A DNA stretch of 64,000 nucleotides from an uncultured archaeon. GTDB taxonomy: Archaea > Asgardarchaeota > Heimdallarchaeia > Heimdallarchaeales > Heimdallarchaeaceae. Where the stretch lies: contig CAZHRF010000009.1 of the NCBI GenBank assembly GCA_964534625.1, positions 12,935 through 76,934 on the forward strand, in the 5' to 3' direction. A program made the position numbers and the translations under genes. A model generated the notes under the pieces. The model made no database searches and was not told the DNA's origin. It saw nothing but the letters and a program-made list of their open reading frames with translations. Shown in pieces: positions 48,108 through 58,146 of this stretch (position 1 is its first letter; the number at the start of each line of letters is the position of its first letter).

Positions 48108-51100
48108 ATGTCTGATAAACAATCTGGAAAAAGACTTAAAGAAGGGGTAAAATTAAAAACCCGTAAAGGTATATCGCCCAAACCTGCAATGGTTGAAAAA
48201 AAGAGAAAAATTAAAACATCTAAATCGAAAAAACGACCTGTAACGGGCGTGGAAGACCCAAATAAAATAAAACGGAAAAATATTATTTTGTCTTCAATTT
48301 TTACCGTACTATTGATTGCTGTTATTATTGAATTGTACGTTTATGAATATATACTTCTCCCATTTTCGGACTTTGCAATGCTTATAATAGAACCGGTTAT
48401 TCTTACTGCCCTTATTCTAGCTATATTGTTTTCGTTTGAAACTTATAAAACAGAGTTTACACCTACCATATTAAGAATATTGCTTACCATAGGAACTTTA
48501 ATAGTGTTCTTTCCTATAACTCTATATAAACGCCATACGCGCCATAATGTGTGGAGGATATTTTTTACTGGATTTACAATTGTGACTTTATTAATGTCCT
48601 TTTTCAGTCCCTATATAGGTTTATTCGGAAAAAGAAGATCTTTGATTGGTGGTCCTGGAGAGGATTTGTATGACGTGGATACTAGTGCTCTATCTGCAGA
48701 ATTTAATATTAATATAAATATAAACGCAAGTGAATTAAAAGACTTTTTAGACCAATTATTAAATAACGCATCCCTTTTAGATCAAGTTACATTAGAATCA
48801 AGTGTTGCGAATGTAACTCTAGCTGGTGAGGATATTGGTAACTATCTTTATCGGTACGAAGTATATGATGAATATGAGGATGAAGACTGGGAGTTTGTGG
48901 CTTCAAGTAATGCCCTTACAACGAGAATTCCTGAGAATCAGAAGGGATCACCAGAAGCTGAGAACCAGACAAAATTAGGCATCTCTCAAACTGTTTATTC
49001 GGCAACTAGTTCTCTAGAGACCTCTCTTCTATCTACTTGGTCTTCTTACTATTTACCCCATATTGATATCCCACAGAATCTAGATGCAAATTTACTCGAT
49101 TTAAATGGCACCCAAAAAGCAAAAAAGGGTTCGACTGATATCAGTTACAATACAAGAGATGAGTTTGTACTTAGCAGTACAATTTCAACAAATGACATGT
49201 TTTCTCCTTTCCAAGGTACATATTATTATGAAACACATTTCATCGGTGATCAAGATTATGAACCAATAATATCCAATGCTTTAGATTTTGATTATTATAG
49301 TACTTCCATTCAAAATACTATTATCAATGATTATGCACTATTTCTACAAACACCAGATGATTATGAAAATAGATCGCCATATGTAAAAACATTTGCAGAT
49401 GAAATTGAAACTTTATTGACTGAAGATGCAACAGTATATCAAGCTATAACTAGCGTTATAAATAGAGTACTAATGAAGGGAGAACCCACAAGTAAAAGTG
49501 AAGAGGGCGATGGAGCAAATAATTTAGCCGCACCAGATGGTGAGGGTTCATTTACGGATTATATCGCTTTAACAGTGATGGCCTTAAGATTACTTGGTAT
49601 CCCAGCTAGACCTGTATTGGGATTTGCAATAGGTGAGCCTGATTCTAATGATGATGGCGATTATCAAGCGTTAAAAATAAAGCACATGTATATGTGGGTT
49701 GAAGCTTTAGTGCCTTATGATGATGGCGGCGATATAAAATATATTTGGGGACAATTTCAAGTGGGACCCTATGTTACATCGAATTATGAATATGTCTATT
49801 GTGATAACACGATGTATTCTTCATATGATATTGCTTTAACTATTTATGAAAATAGTCCTGGAGATGTACAAACACAAAATATTGAGGGACAAGATGTTTA
49901 TTTGTTGGATTATGGTATAAATTATACTGTTCAAGCAACAACCACACAAGGCAATGAGAGTGTAGAAGGGACTATGTTGACTTTTGAGTCCTTTACAACT
50001 AGTACTGTAGAAAACACCCAAGACCCAACAACTTTGATAGGTAATGGGGTAGAAATCGGTGTTGGGAGTGCAAGATCTGATTCTTCAGGCCATGCTATCG
50101 TTTATCATGTGTTCAATTCTTCATTTGAAACATTAAACTTGGCAGATCCTTCTAGTACCTCCTATGTTATATTTGCATATACGGGATTAAGTTATGATGT
50201 TGCTCCAATTGCAATATTTCCGAAGGGATATCTTACTGATGTTAGTTTCAATGCAAGTAAACAAAGCTTACCTGATCCAAATAATCCTCTTGAAACCTAT
50301 GATTATTATCTTATTCAAAAAGATTGGCGTTATTCTATGAGCACATTTGTATATGAAGATGAAACAGAAACTACTCCTTTAACCAATCGAAGTATAACGT
50401 TTTATTTATTAACTTCAAATGAATTGCAACAGGTCCAAGCGGGAACCTTAACTGATTTCAGTCAGTTAAATTCAATTGGTTCCACACTAACCGATAATCA
50501 AGGAAATGCAACAATAACCAACTTTCATGAAGGAAGTGATGCGTTTGGAGATCTTTCAATCAATACTGGATATGCTGTTGCAGCTAGCTATGGAGCGAAC
50601 TATAGTGCATCGCCAATAATTTATTTAGATGCTTTACAATCAATTATCAATATTAATACTACCTCGTACAGTTATGGGTCGCCTGGATATTTCTTCCAAG
50701 ATATAACTGTTACTTTACAAATGGCACCCCCAGATGGAACTGTAGAACCCCTGCCCGATGTGGATGTAAAACTTTGGATGATCCCTTTGGAGTTTTATGA
50801 GGAATATGGTACTTCTTCATTTGAAACAGCTGACGAGTACATATCTTATTTGAAAGGATTAGATCAATGGAATATAAACAATTTTGTAAATGGAACCACT
50901 AATGAATTTGGTGTGTTTAACCATATTTATCAAACTAATTTTGATGACTATGGGGTGGGTAATTTTAAAATTGTTACATTTTATAAAGATAGATGGAACG
51001 GTTCGGAGACTATAAGCATAAGCTCGGGACCTGCAAGTTTTTCTATCAATGAATCTGAAGAGGTTGACCCTATTCAATCCTCTGATTCAAAAGTTTTGAA

Positions 51101-51287
51101 TGATCGCTATCAGTCTAAGTCGTTACAAATGTCTAAATGTTTTGTTAAAGTACAATTATCAACTTATATTCTGACATCCACTTTGGTTACTTACTCCTTT
51201 GGTATATGGAGAAAGGATGGAGAAAAAGCAATAAATAAAAGTATTTTAAAAACTAAACCAGCAATAAAAAGAGGTTATCAAAGATGA
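48108..51287 (+). CDS. Large membrane-anchored transglutaminase-like protein, catalytic triad degenerate
   Basis: GSFTDY...ALRLLGIPARPVLGF...YMWVEA...WGQFQ core; N-terminal TMs; acidic beta-rich ectodomain with many N-x-S/T sequons. Confidence 0.75.
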   Translation: MSDKQSGKRLKEGVKLKTRKGISPKPAMVEKKRKIKTSKSKKRPVTGVEDPNKIKRKNIILSSIFTVLLIAVIIELYVYEYILLPFSDFAMLIIEPVILTALILAILFSFETYKTEFTPTILRILLTIGTLIVFFPITLYKRHTRHNVWRIFFTGFTIVTLLMSFFSPYIGLFGKRRSLIGGPGEDLYDVDTSALSAEFNINININASELKDFLDQLLNNASLLDQVTLESSVANVTLAGEDIGNYLYRYEVYDEYEDEDWEFVASSNALTTRIPENQKGSPEAENQTKLGISQTVYSATSSLETSLLSTWSSYYLPHIDIPQNLDANLLDLNGTQKAKKGSTDISYNTRDEFVLSSTISTNDMFSPFQGTYYYETHFIGDQDYEPIISNALDFDYYSTSIQNTIINDYALFLQTPDDYENRSPYVKTFADEIETLLTEDATVYQAITSVINRVLMKGEPTSKSEEGDGANNLAAPDGEGSFTDYIALTVMALRLLGIPARPVLGFAIGEPDSNDDGDYQALKIKHMYMWVEALVPYDDGGDIKYIWGQFQVGPYVTSNYEYVYCDNTMYSSYDIALTIYENSPGDVQTQNIEGQDVYLLDYGINYTVQATTTQGNESVEGTMLTFESFTTSTVENTQDPTTLIGNGVEIGVGSARSDSSGHAIVYHVFNSSFETLNLADPSSTSYVIFAYTGLSYDVAPIAIFPKGYLTDVSFNASKQSLPDPNNPLETYDYYLIQKDWRYSMSTFVYEDETETTPLTNRSITFYLLTSNELQQVQAGTLTDFSQLNSIGSTLTDNQGNATITNFHEGSDAFGDLSINTGYAVAASYGANYSASPIIYLDALQSIININTTSYSYGSPGYFFQDITVTLQMAPPDGTVEPLPDVDVKLWMIPLEFYEEYGTSSFETADEYISYLKGLDQWNINNFVNGTTNEFGVFNHIYQTNFDDYGVGNFKIVTFYKDRWNGSETISISSGPASFSINESEEVDPIQSSDSKVLNDRYQSKSLQMSKCFVKVQLSTYILTSTLVTYSFGIWRKDGEKAINKSILKTKPAIKRGYQR

Positions 51288-54200
51288 AGAAAAAATCATT
51301 TTATAAGATAGTGATTGTATTATTGGTTTTTGTAAGCTTAATCTTGACGACATATAATCCTTTGACAAATATAGAACTGAAGGCTGATTGTTCCGCTGTT
51401 AATGGAGTTACTTTAAACGAAAACTCAAATAAACGATTTTCAGACGACAATCCAAGAAATATGCACACTATCATATCTTTTTCAAACAGTTTTGAAAGCA
51501 CATCCTCTTTTATAAAAAGTCCAACGCCTTTAGAACTTATTACATACTCTGATAAGGTATCTATAAAAGCTATCAATTCACCATCAGAAGGAACTGAATA
51601 TTTTAGAGGTGCTAGCATTACAGTAGAGGGTGTATTACGATCTGCTGCGCCAAACGATTATTGGGATGGAGAAACTGTAGAAATCTACTATAATCTCACC
51701 AAGGATGAATTTGAGATAGATCCTGATCTCTATAGGAGTTCTGAACACTTTCTAGGAACCGCTATTACTAATTCCCAAGGTGAGTTCTCATTTACCATAT
51801 CTACTTCCCTTTCTTCTGCTGACATAACTTCAAAAACTGGTGAAATAACCATTTTTAGTTGGTTTGATGGAAATCCTGAAAAAAATCGAGGGGCGGGATC
51901 AGCTGGGAGTACAACAGTAATTGTTTATGGTATAGTAAAACTTACTGTTACAAAAGATGTTACTAATCCAAACTTACCTTATTCATTTACAACTAAAGTG
52001 TTGTTTGATAATAATACAGCTGTGTCACTCGCAGACAGTACAAATTATAATTTGAATATAACTTGGGAAGATGCGGGTACTCACACAAATGCTAACTATA
52101 GTTTCACAAGTAATATGCATACATACACTAATACTGCACCAGCTACAATTCAGTCGGTTTATTATCGAGCATATTATGATACTACACAACTTGGTTTATC
52201 TTATTTCTTCACAAATACCGAAAAAAACACATTATTGTATCTGACAGCTTCTGACCAAACGACAGAAAATATTTACATCAATGCCTATTATATTATTGAA
52301 ACAGGGCTTACAAATGATGATGTGGAAATTCCTTTAGATTCTACTATAACTCTTTTTGCCAATGTCACAAATTCTACTGGATTGGTAGATGCTGATTATA
52401 ATATAACTGTCCGTTTCTATAATGGGAACACTCTTTATAATACAACTGTGGTAAAAACAAACTCTACTGGTGCTATAGAACTATTTCACATAGTAAGCAA
52501 AGATAATATAGCTGATATAACGATTACCAATGCTTTTTATATAGAATTTGATGCTGATACAGATGAATTTGGAGGGAGTACGATTAACCCAGATTCTTTA
52601 GGTTCTACATTGAGTGTTTTCATAAATCAATCCATTATAGTCTTGAATAATCCCGATGTATTTTATACGGAAGGATTGGGTATTACTTATAATATATATT
52701 TAGTTGATCAATATGGAAGGAATGCTAGTTCTGCAGATGTCCAGGTTGTTTTTCCCGGATTAGCAACACGTACTTTAACTACGGGAGCTAATGGGGTTAC
52801 AAGAACATCAACTATCCCTACTTATGTTGATAAAACACAGAATAAAACAATATCTATATCCGTTTTAGAAAAAGATGGTGGAACATATATTTATTATGTA
52901 GGAAATGGAGGAACCGTAACAAATGAAACGATCTTTAACATGTATTATGAATTAACGTTAACATTAAAAGGCCCCTACGACCTCGATATTACCGATGGAG
53001 AGGATGTTAGTTATTTTAATAATACATTTAATAATTATTTTCAGACAGGAGAATATAACCTTACAGTTATAGACGAATTTGGGCGTAATCCTGTTGGGGC
53101 CCCATTCTCGATAAATTTTGAAGGAGAACTAATAAGCGGTTTTGTTACAAGTGATGTTAATGTAATATCACTTACTATTAATGCAACAGAGCTACTAGAC
53201 TTAAATGCCCCTGCTGATTTAAGTTTATCAGCTTCCGCAGGCGCTGCTTCAAATGTTTATACTATCGAACAAACTATTTCCATTTATGGGCCAGATCTTA
53301 CTGCACCCACAATAACTTCAGAATTGTTAAATCCTAATCCTTTAACAACAACTGTCCCTATATATGAAGTTGAAATTCGTGTTTGGGCTTCAGATGAAGG
53401 CACAGGAATACGCTCCATAGTTGTTTTTTATACTATACTTGATGAGAACAGGATATCTGTTCTTTCTGATAGTATTAACTTGAACTTACAAGCTGCTGGT
53501 TATTACAATGGTTCTTTACCATCAAATCAAACCTATGCTAAAGGTTATCTCCAATACTATATTGTGGCCACAGACTATGCTGGGCATGGTTTAGATGAAT
53601 CTGGGAATAGACAAGCGGATGGTTCTTTCTGGTATGATCCCGATTATGGTCTAGACACGACCTTCTATAACGCTTCTAATCCAAATGAATATAGAATTGG
53701 CGACTATGCCCCCCCCGATCCTCAACAAGTTGCTAATATAGTTCAATCGACTGATCCTAAAAATCCTTATGTTAATATAACTGTTTACTTAAATGACACA
53801 ACGCGATATACTGGGGTTGAGAATGTAACCTTGTATATTAGCCGATTAAAACAAGGTGAAATCACTTGGGAAAATTTAACTGAAGTTTTAATGACTCATA
53901 TCCCGGGAACAAATCAATACTTCTATACTTTAAATGGAACTTATAATTATGAATATCAATGGTATTATGAAGCGTTTGATAAAGCCATCCCTAATCCTAA
54001 TGTTTATAGAAGCCAAATTTATAATTATTCTGCAATCGATAGTACTCCCCCATCAGTTTCTCAAATAACTCTTTCTTCAGATGATGATCCATTATTCTAT
54101 AATAGTACATTCATAATTAGTGCAAATATTGTTGATTCTTTGAATGATGTCATAGTGGTTCTTCTACTATTTGAATACTGGAATTCCTCTTCTGTTATTT

Positions 54201-54889
54201 TCGAAGGTGAATTCATTATGTATTATCAAGGGAATGATATCTATGCTTATAGTATTTCGCTACTTACTTATCAGAATATGACTACGGGGTATGGTGGGTA
54301 TAGTATACAGTATACTATTTATGCTGAAGATACATTTGGAAATAATAATACTTCAAGCCTCAGGAGTCAAAGTGTGAGTTACCCCACCCCCCCTAGACAA
54401 GATCCTCTCGGTGAAACTGAAGGTAACATTAATGTTATTGTATGGTTGGGTATAAGTGGCGTAGTTTTAATTATTGCTGTATTATTCTTGTGGTTTAATA
54501 GACATTCTATATCTGTCTTTACTCAAAAACAACTTTTGCAGATGAAAATAAAAGATTATCTCCAAGCCATTTTAGATGACATTAGAAGAGATGGTGCGGA
54601 AGGAAAATATAAAAGGGGGTTATTAAAAACATGGGGGGTTCTAGAAGGTATTGGACGCGAGTACTATAATATTGCTCGTACGAGGTACCAGACGACATGG
54701 GAATATGTTAAATTACTTGGCCGCAGAAGTGATTTAGATACCCAATTGTTGAATGTTGTAAGAATTTATTTTGAAAAAGCTCGGTATGGTATTGAAGACA
54801 TAAGTGAAGATGATTTTAATGCTGGACTGCGGGCATTACTTAAGATTGTTGAACAAATTGAAACTGGAGAAATAAAAATAGAAACTTAA
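51284..54889 (+). CDS. Large secreted/surface glycoprotein-like protein (Ig-like repeats) with C-terminal TM and DUF4129 domain
   Basis: Signal peptide; T/N/Y-rich beta domains with D.TAP/D.TPP and A.D..G motifs; TM near residue 1050; TTWEYV..YFEKARYG. Confidence 0.75.
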   Translation: MKKKSFYKIVIVLLVFVSLILTTYNPLTNIELKADCSAVNGVTLNENSNKRFSDDNPRNMHTIISFSNSFESTSSFIKSPTPLELITYSDKVSIKAINSPSEGTEYFRGASITVEGVLRSAAPNDYWDGETVEIYYNLTKDEFEIDPDLYRSSEHFLGTAITNSQGEFSFTISTSLSSADITSKTGEITIFSWFDGNPEKNRGAGSAGSTTVIVYGIVKLTVTKDVTNPNLPYSFTTKVLFDNNTAVSLADSTNYNLNITWEDAGTHTNANYSFTSNMHTYTNTAPATIQSVYYRAYYDTTQLGLSYFFTNTEKNTLLYLTASDQTTENIYINAYYIIETGLTNDDVEIPLDSTITLFANVTNSTGLVDADYNITVRFYNGNTLYNTTVVKTNSTGAIELFHIVSKDNIADITITNAFYIEFDADTDEFGGSTINPDSLGSTLSVFINQSIIVLNNPDVFYTEGLGITYNIYLVDQYGRNASSADVQVVFPGLATRTLTTGANGVTRTSTIPTYVDKTQNKTISISVLEKDGGTYIYYVGNGGTVTNETIFNMYYELTLTLKGPYDLDITDGEDVSYFNNTFNNYFQTGEYNLTVIDEFGRNPVGAPFSINFEGELISGFVTSDVNVISLTINATELLDLNAPADLSLSASAGAASNVYTIEQTISIYGPDLTAPTITSELLNPNPLTTTVPIYEVEIRVWASDEGTGIRSIVVFYTILDENRISVLSDSINLNLQAAGYYNGSLPSNQTYAKGYLQYYIVATDYAGHGLDESGNRQADGSFWYDPDYGLDTTFYNASNPNEYRIGDYAPPDPQQVANIVQSTDPKNPYVNITVYLNDTTRYTGVENVTLYISRLKQGEITWENLTEVLMTHIPGTNQYFYTLNGTYNYEYQWYYEAFDKAIPNPNVYRSQIYNYSAIDSTPPSVSQITLSSDDDPLFYNSTFIISANIVDSLNDVIVVLLLFEYWNSSSVIFEGEFIMYYQGNDIYAYSISLLTYQNMTTGYGGYSIQYTIYAEDTFGNNNTSSLRSQSVSYPTPPRQDPLGETEGNINVIVWLGISGVVLIIAVLFLWFNRHSISVFTQKQLLQMKIKDYLQAILDDIRRDGAEGKYKRGLLKTWGVLEGIGREYYNIARTRYQTTWEYVKLLGRRSDLDTQLLNVVRIYFEKARYGIEDISEDDFNAGLRALLKIVEQIETGEIKIET

Positions 54890-54892
54890 AAG

Positions 54893-55354
54893 GTGAAAAA
54901 AAGAATGTGTTTTGGTTGGTTAAAAAGAAAACAACAGGTAAAAAAACTCAATCAGATGTTTAATAGTACAATGGCTGACATTCGTATCTATGAACAGCGA
55001 GGAGATTATAGAGGCGCTATTATTGCGGCTTTTCATAGTCTATCAAGTATAGCTAATGTGGTATTAAGAAAAAGTCGTGCTCCATATCAAACAGCTCGAG
55101 AGTTTGGTATCGAAGCCATAGCTAAAGAAGCGAATATATCAGAAGAAGTTATGAATGACTTTCTTACTTACTTTGAAATTGCTAGATATACTGAAGATGA
55201 TGTTGATTATGAATATTATCAAGAGTCAATTCAGAGATTAGATATCTGTTTTAGAGGATTAAAAGAACAAGGTGTGCAGCTAATTGACGCCGGAAAAGAG
55301 ACAGGAACAACAAAAAAACTCAAGACAAGGAAAGAGATCAAGACAAGGAATTAA
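54893..55354 (+). CDS. Stand-alone DUF4129-domain protein
   Basis: DYRGAIIAAF, QTAREF, YFEIARY. Confidence 0.75.
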   Translation: MKKRMCFGWLKRKQQVKKLNQMFNSTMADIRIYEQRGDYRGAIIAAFHSLSSIANVVLRKSRAPYQTAREFGIEAIAKEANISEEVMNDFLTYFEIARYTEDDVDYEYYQESIQRLDICFRGLKEQGVQLIDAGKETGTTKKLKTRKEIKTRN

Positions 55355-57020
55355 GTTGCAATTCAACTTTAGTAAGTATGCTATTGTACTTACCCTCTTG
55401 TCGCTCTTTCTATTGCTTCCTATATTTATAGGAATAGTAGGTCTGGGTGGTTCGGAAATAAAATATTCCATATATAGTGAATCATGGGATGGTCTTTCTA
55501 GAGTGAAAGCTGCACTCGAATCAGAAGGTGGAAATGCTACGCAGAAATACAATATTAGTAGTGGAATGTCAAGCTTGAATATACTCAACCGTTTTTATGA
55601 ACCCGCTGTAGTTACTGTAATGGCCCCTTCTGTAGAATATACCTTTTCTGAATTTGTTTCTGTAATTGCTTTCTTAGCTCGAGGTGGTAGTTTAATTGTT
55701 GCTGATGACTTTGGAACTGGAAATCAGATATTTGATCCCATCTTTAATGCATTAGAAAATTGGGATAATGTTGCTTCAGCTAGTAATTTACCCTCTCTGT
55801 CTGAATTATTTTTCCCAGACGGTATTTCAGGAGATACAAATAATACAAATATGGAAGACGTACTGATGAAAGCGGTCATATTTCAATTGATTGGAGTGCT
55901 CAAACGGATAGGATTCAATGGAACAGTGTTGATGGATGCTCAAAGTAATACTGATGGATCAAGTGCTCAACCTCTGATTGTAGATATGAACAGAGATCAT
56001 CCCTTGACTACTGGTATCAATAAGATCCAAATGGAGTTAGGTACTTGTATTAGTCTCAAAGTAAACCAATCAGAATTTTTAGATAATGATGGTTCGAACA
56101 CAGTTATAAATTATAAAGTGGATTGGGTGCCTTTAATTACACCTAATTTATTACTAACAGTAGAAATGGCAGGAGAAAAAGAAACAATTGAAATATCTGG
56201 TGATATAATTGTCAGAAATTTCATACCTTTTTTCAGTTCTAAAAATTCTTGGATGGAGTCTAACCATCGTCAAGCAGAAAAAGGAGAAGCTCAACCTGAT
56301 TTAAATGAGTGGGGAAATGTTGCTTTTGCACCAGCTTTTACATTACCTATTGGAAGGGGAAAGATAATTATGATAGGTGACCCTGATATTTTTATTAATA
56401 AATGGGTAAAACAAACAGATGCAAATGACAATTTAAAATTTATCTTAAATTTGTTTGATTATGCATCAGAGGATATGAATGTAACTGGTCCAATCCCGAT
56501 TATTTTCGATGAAGGACATACTCAACAAAAAGTCTATAGTGCTTCCGTATATACTATGACTTTAATGCGATTTCTTACCGAAATATCAATGTATCCCCTC
56601 TTCGCGCCATTTATACCCATATTTATGGCAACTCTAGCCTATCCTTTAATTCCTAAAAAAACGAGATTGTCTCCAGTGCTTTGGACCAAACACAGACGAG
56701 AAAAAGGTGTGTCTAAATTCGAGCGCGATATGCGTAGGATAATAGCAAAGGGTGAATATTCAGAAGCTGTTTATTTATACTATCGTGCATTGTTGAGAGA
56801 AGTCACTAAAAGAACCAAATCAGCTCCATCTCCTAAGGATATCGCTGAATTCTTTGTGGAAATCGATCCAAGCGAGAAATCCCGTGTTTTGGAAAGTAAA
56901 GTTAGACGTATTGAAGAATACTTGAAAAGACCAAAAATTCTGAGAACAGAAGAATTCATGGAGTATATGACTTTTATAAAGTCATTATTAGATAAATTAC
57001 CAAAATATAAAGGATCATGA
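55284..57020 (+). CDS. DUF4350-like domain membrane protein, module 2 (probable start TTG at 55356)
   Basis: YSIYSESWDGLS, FLARGGSLIVADDFGTGN, GRGKIIMIGDPDIFIN, IIFDEGH. Confidence 0.75.
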   Translation: MTPEKRQEQQKNSRQGKRSRQGIKLQFNFSKYAIVLTLLSLFLLLPIFIGIVGLGGSEIKYSIYSESWDGLSRVKAALESEGGNATQKYNISSGMSSLNILNRFYEPAVVTVMAPSVEYTFSEFVSVIAFLARGGSLIVADDFGTGNQIFDPIFNALENWDNVASASNLPSLSELFFPDGISGDTNNTNMEDVLMKAVIFQLIGVLKRIGFNGTVLMDAQSNTDGSSAQPLIVDMNRDHPLTTGINKIQMELGTCISLKVNQSEFLDNDGSNTVINYKVDWVPLITPNLLLTVEMAGEKETIEISGDIIVRNFIPFFSSKNSWMESNHRQAEKGEAQPDLNEWGNVAFAPAFTLPIGRGKIIMIGDPDIFINKWVKQTDANDNLKFILNLFDYASEDMNVTGPIPIIFDEGHTQQKVYSASVYTMTLMRFLTEISMYPLFAPFIPIFMATLAYPLIPKKTRLSPVLWTKHRREKGVSKFERDMRRIIAKGEYSEAVYLYYRALLREVTKRTKSAPSPKDIAEFFVEIDPSEKSRVLESKVRRIEEYLKRPKILRTEEFMEYMTFIKSLLDKLPKYKGS

Positions 57021-57098
57021 AATATATACATAAAATTAAGTTAATATAAAAAAAGTAGTAGAAATAAAATAAAGAATTATAAATAAAAGAGTGATAAA

Positions 57099-58088
57099 AT
57101 GTCAAAAGGATCAAAGAAAAAAGAAGAAGAACAAGAAGGCGCAAAAGTTACGCCTCAAGATATTAAAAGAGTATGGGATGAAATACATGAAGAGCTTAAA
57201 CGAGTGATTATAGGAAAACTTGACATACTCGAGAACATGTTCATTGCTCTCCTAGGTGGTGGTCATGTTCTAATGGAAGGTGTTCCTGGTGTAGCAAAAA
57301 CAGTGATGGCAAAGAACTTCGCTAACACTTTGGGTTGTGAGTTTAAAAGGATACAATTTACTCCTGACTTATTGCCTTCAGATGTTGTAGGTACAACTAT
57401 TTATGACCCTAAAGCTGGTACCTTTAAAATGAGAAAAGGGCCTATTTTCTCTAATATAGTACTAGCTGATGAAATTAATAGATCCCCTCCAAAAACTCAA
57501 GCTGCATTGCTAGAAGCAATGGCGGAAAAGCAAGTTACTGTTGAGGGTACTACCTTTAAAATGCAACCACCATTCATTGTTATTGCAACACAGAACCCTG
57601 TAGAACAAGAAGGTACTTATCCATTACCCGAAGCACAAGTGGATAGATTTATGCTTAAACTTAATGTTGGTCTTCCAACAGATGAAGAAGAATCTAAAAT
57701 CATTGATTTAGTTCATAGAAGTGCCTTTAGAAGTGCCCGAAGGGTAACAACTCCAATGACAATAAACCGCATGATTGATACGGTTCAATCCTCTATATAC
57801 GTACATCAAGATATACAAGTGTATATTAGAGATGTGGTTGTTAGTACAAGGAAAGACAGAAGACTGATTTTAGGTGGAAGTCCTCGTTGTAGTATTGCAT
57901 TATTAAATGCATCAAAAGCAGTTGCCGCTATGAGAGGACGTTGGTATGTTATCCCTGACGATGTGAAGAGAGTAGCTAAAATAGGTGCTTCTCACAGGCT
58001 ACAAACAAATCCAGAAGCTGAACTAGAAGGCATTACAGGACCAATAGTGATGGATGAGATATTAAAGAATGTAGCAATTCCTTTATAG
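57099..58088 (+). CDS. moxR: MoxR family AAA+ ATPase (module 2)
   Basis: GHVLMEGVPGVAKT, RIQFTPDLLPSD, LADEINRSPPKTQAALLEAM, ATQNPVEQEGTYPLPEAQVDRF, GGSPR. Confidence 0.95.
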   Translation: MSKGSKKKEEEQEGAKVTPQDIKRVWDEIHEELKRVIIGKLDILENMFIALLGGGHVLMEGVPGVAKTVMAKNFANTLGCEFKRIQFTPDLLPSDVVGTTIYDPKAGTFKMRKGPIFSNIVLADEINRSPPKTQAALLEAMAEKQVTVEGTTFKMQPPFIVIATQNPVEQEGTYPLPEAQVDRFMLKLNVGLPTDEEESKIIDLVHRSAFRSARRVTTPMTINRMIDTVQSSIYVHQDIQVYIRDVVVSTRKDRRLILGGSPRCSIALLNASKAVAAMRGRWYVIPDDVKRVAKIGASHRLQTNPEAELEGITGPIVMDEILKNVAIPL

Positions 58089-58146
58089 AATTGTTATCTT
58101 ATTCTTTCTTCTCACAAAGTATAAATAAAATAACGAAATAGGTGGT

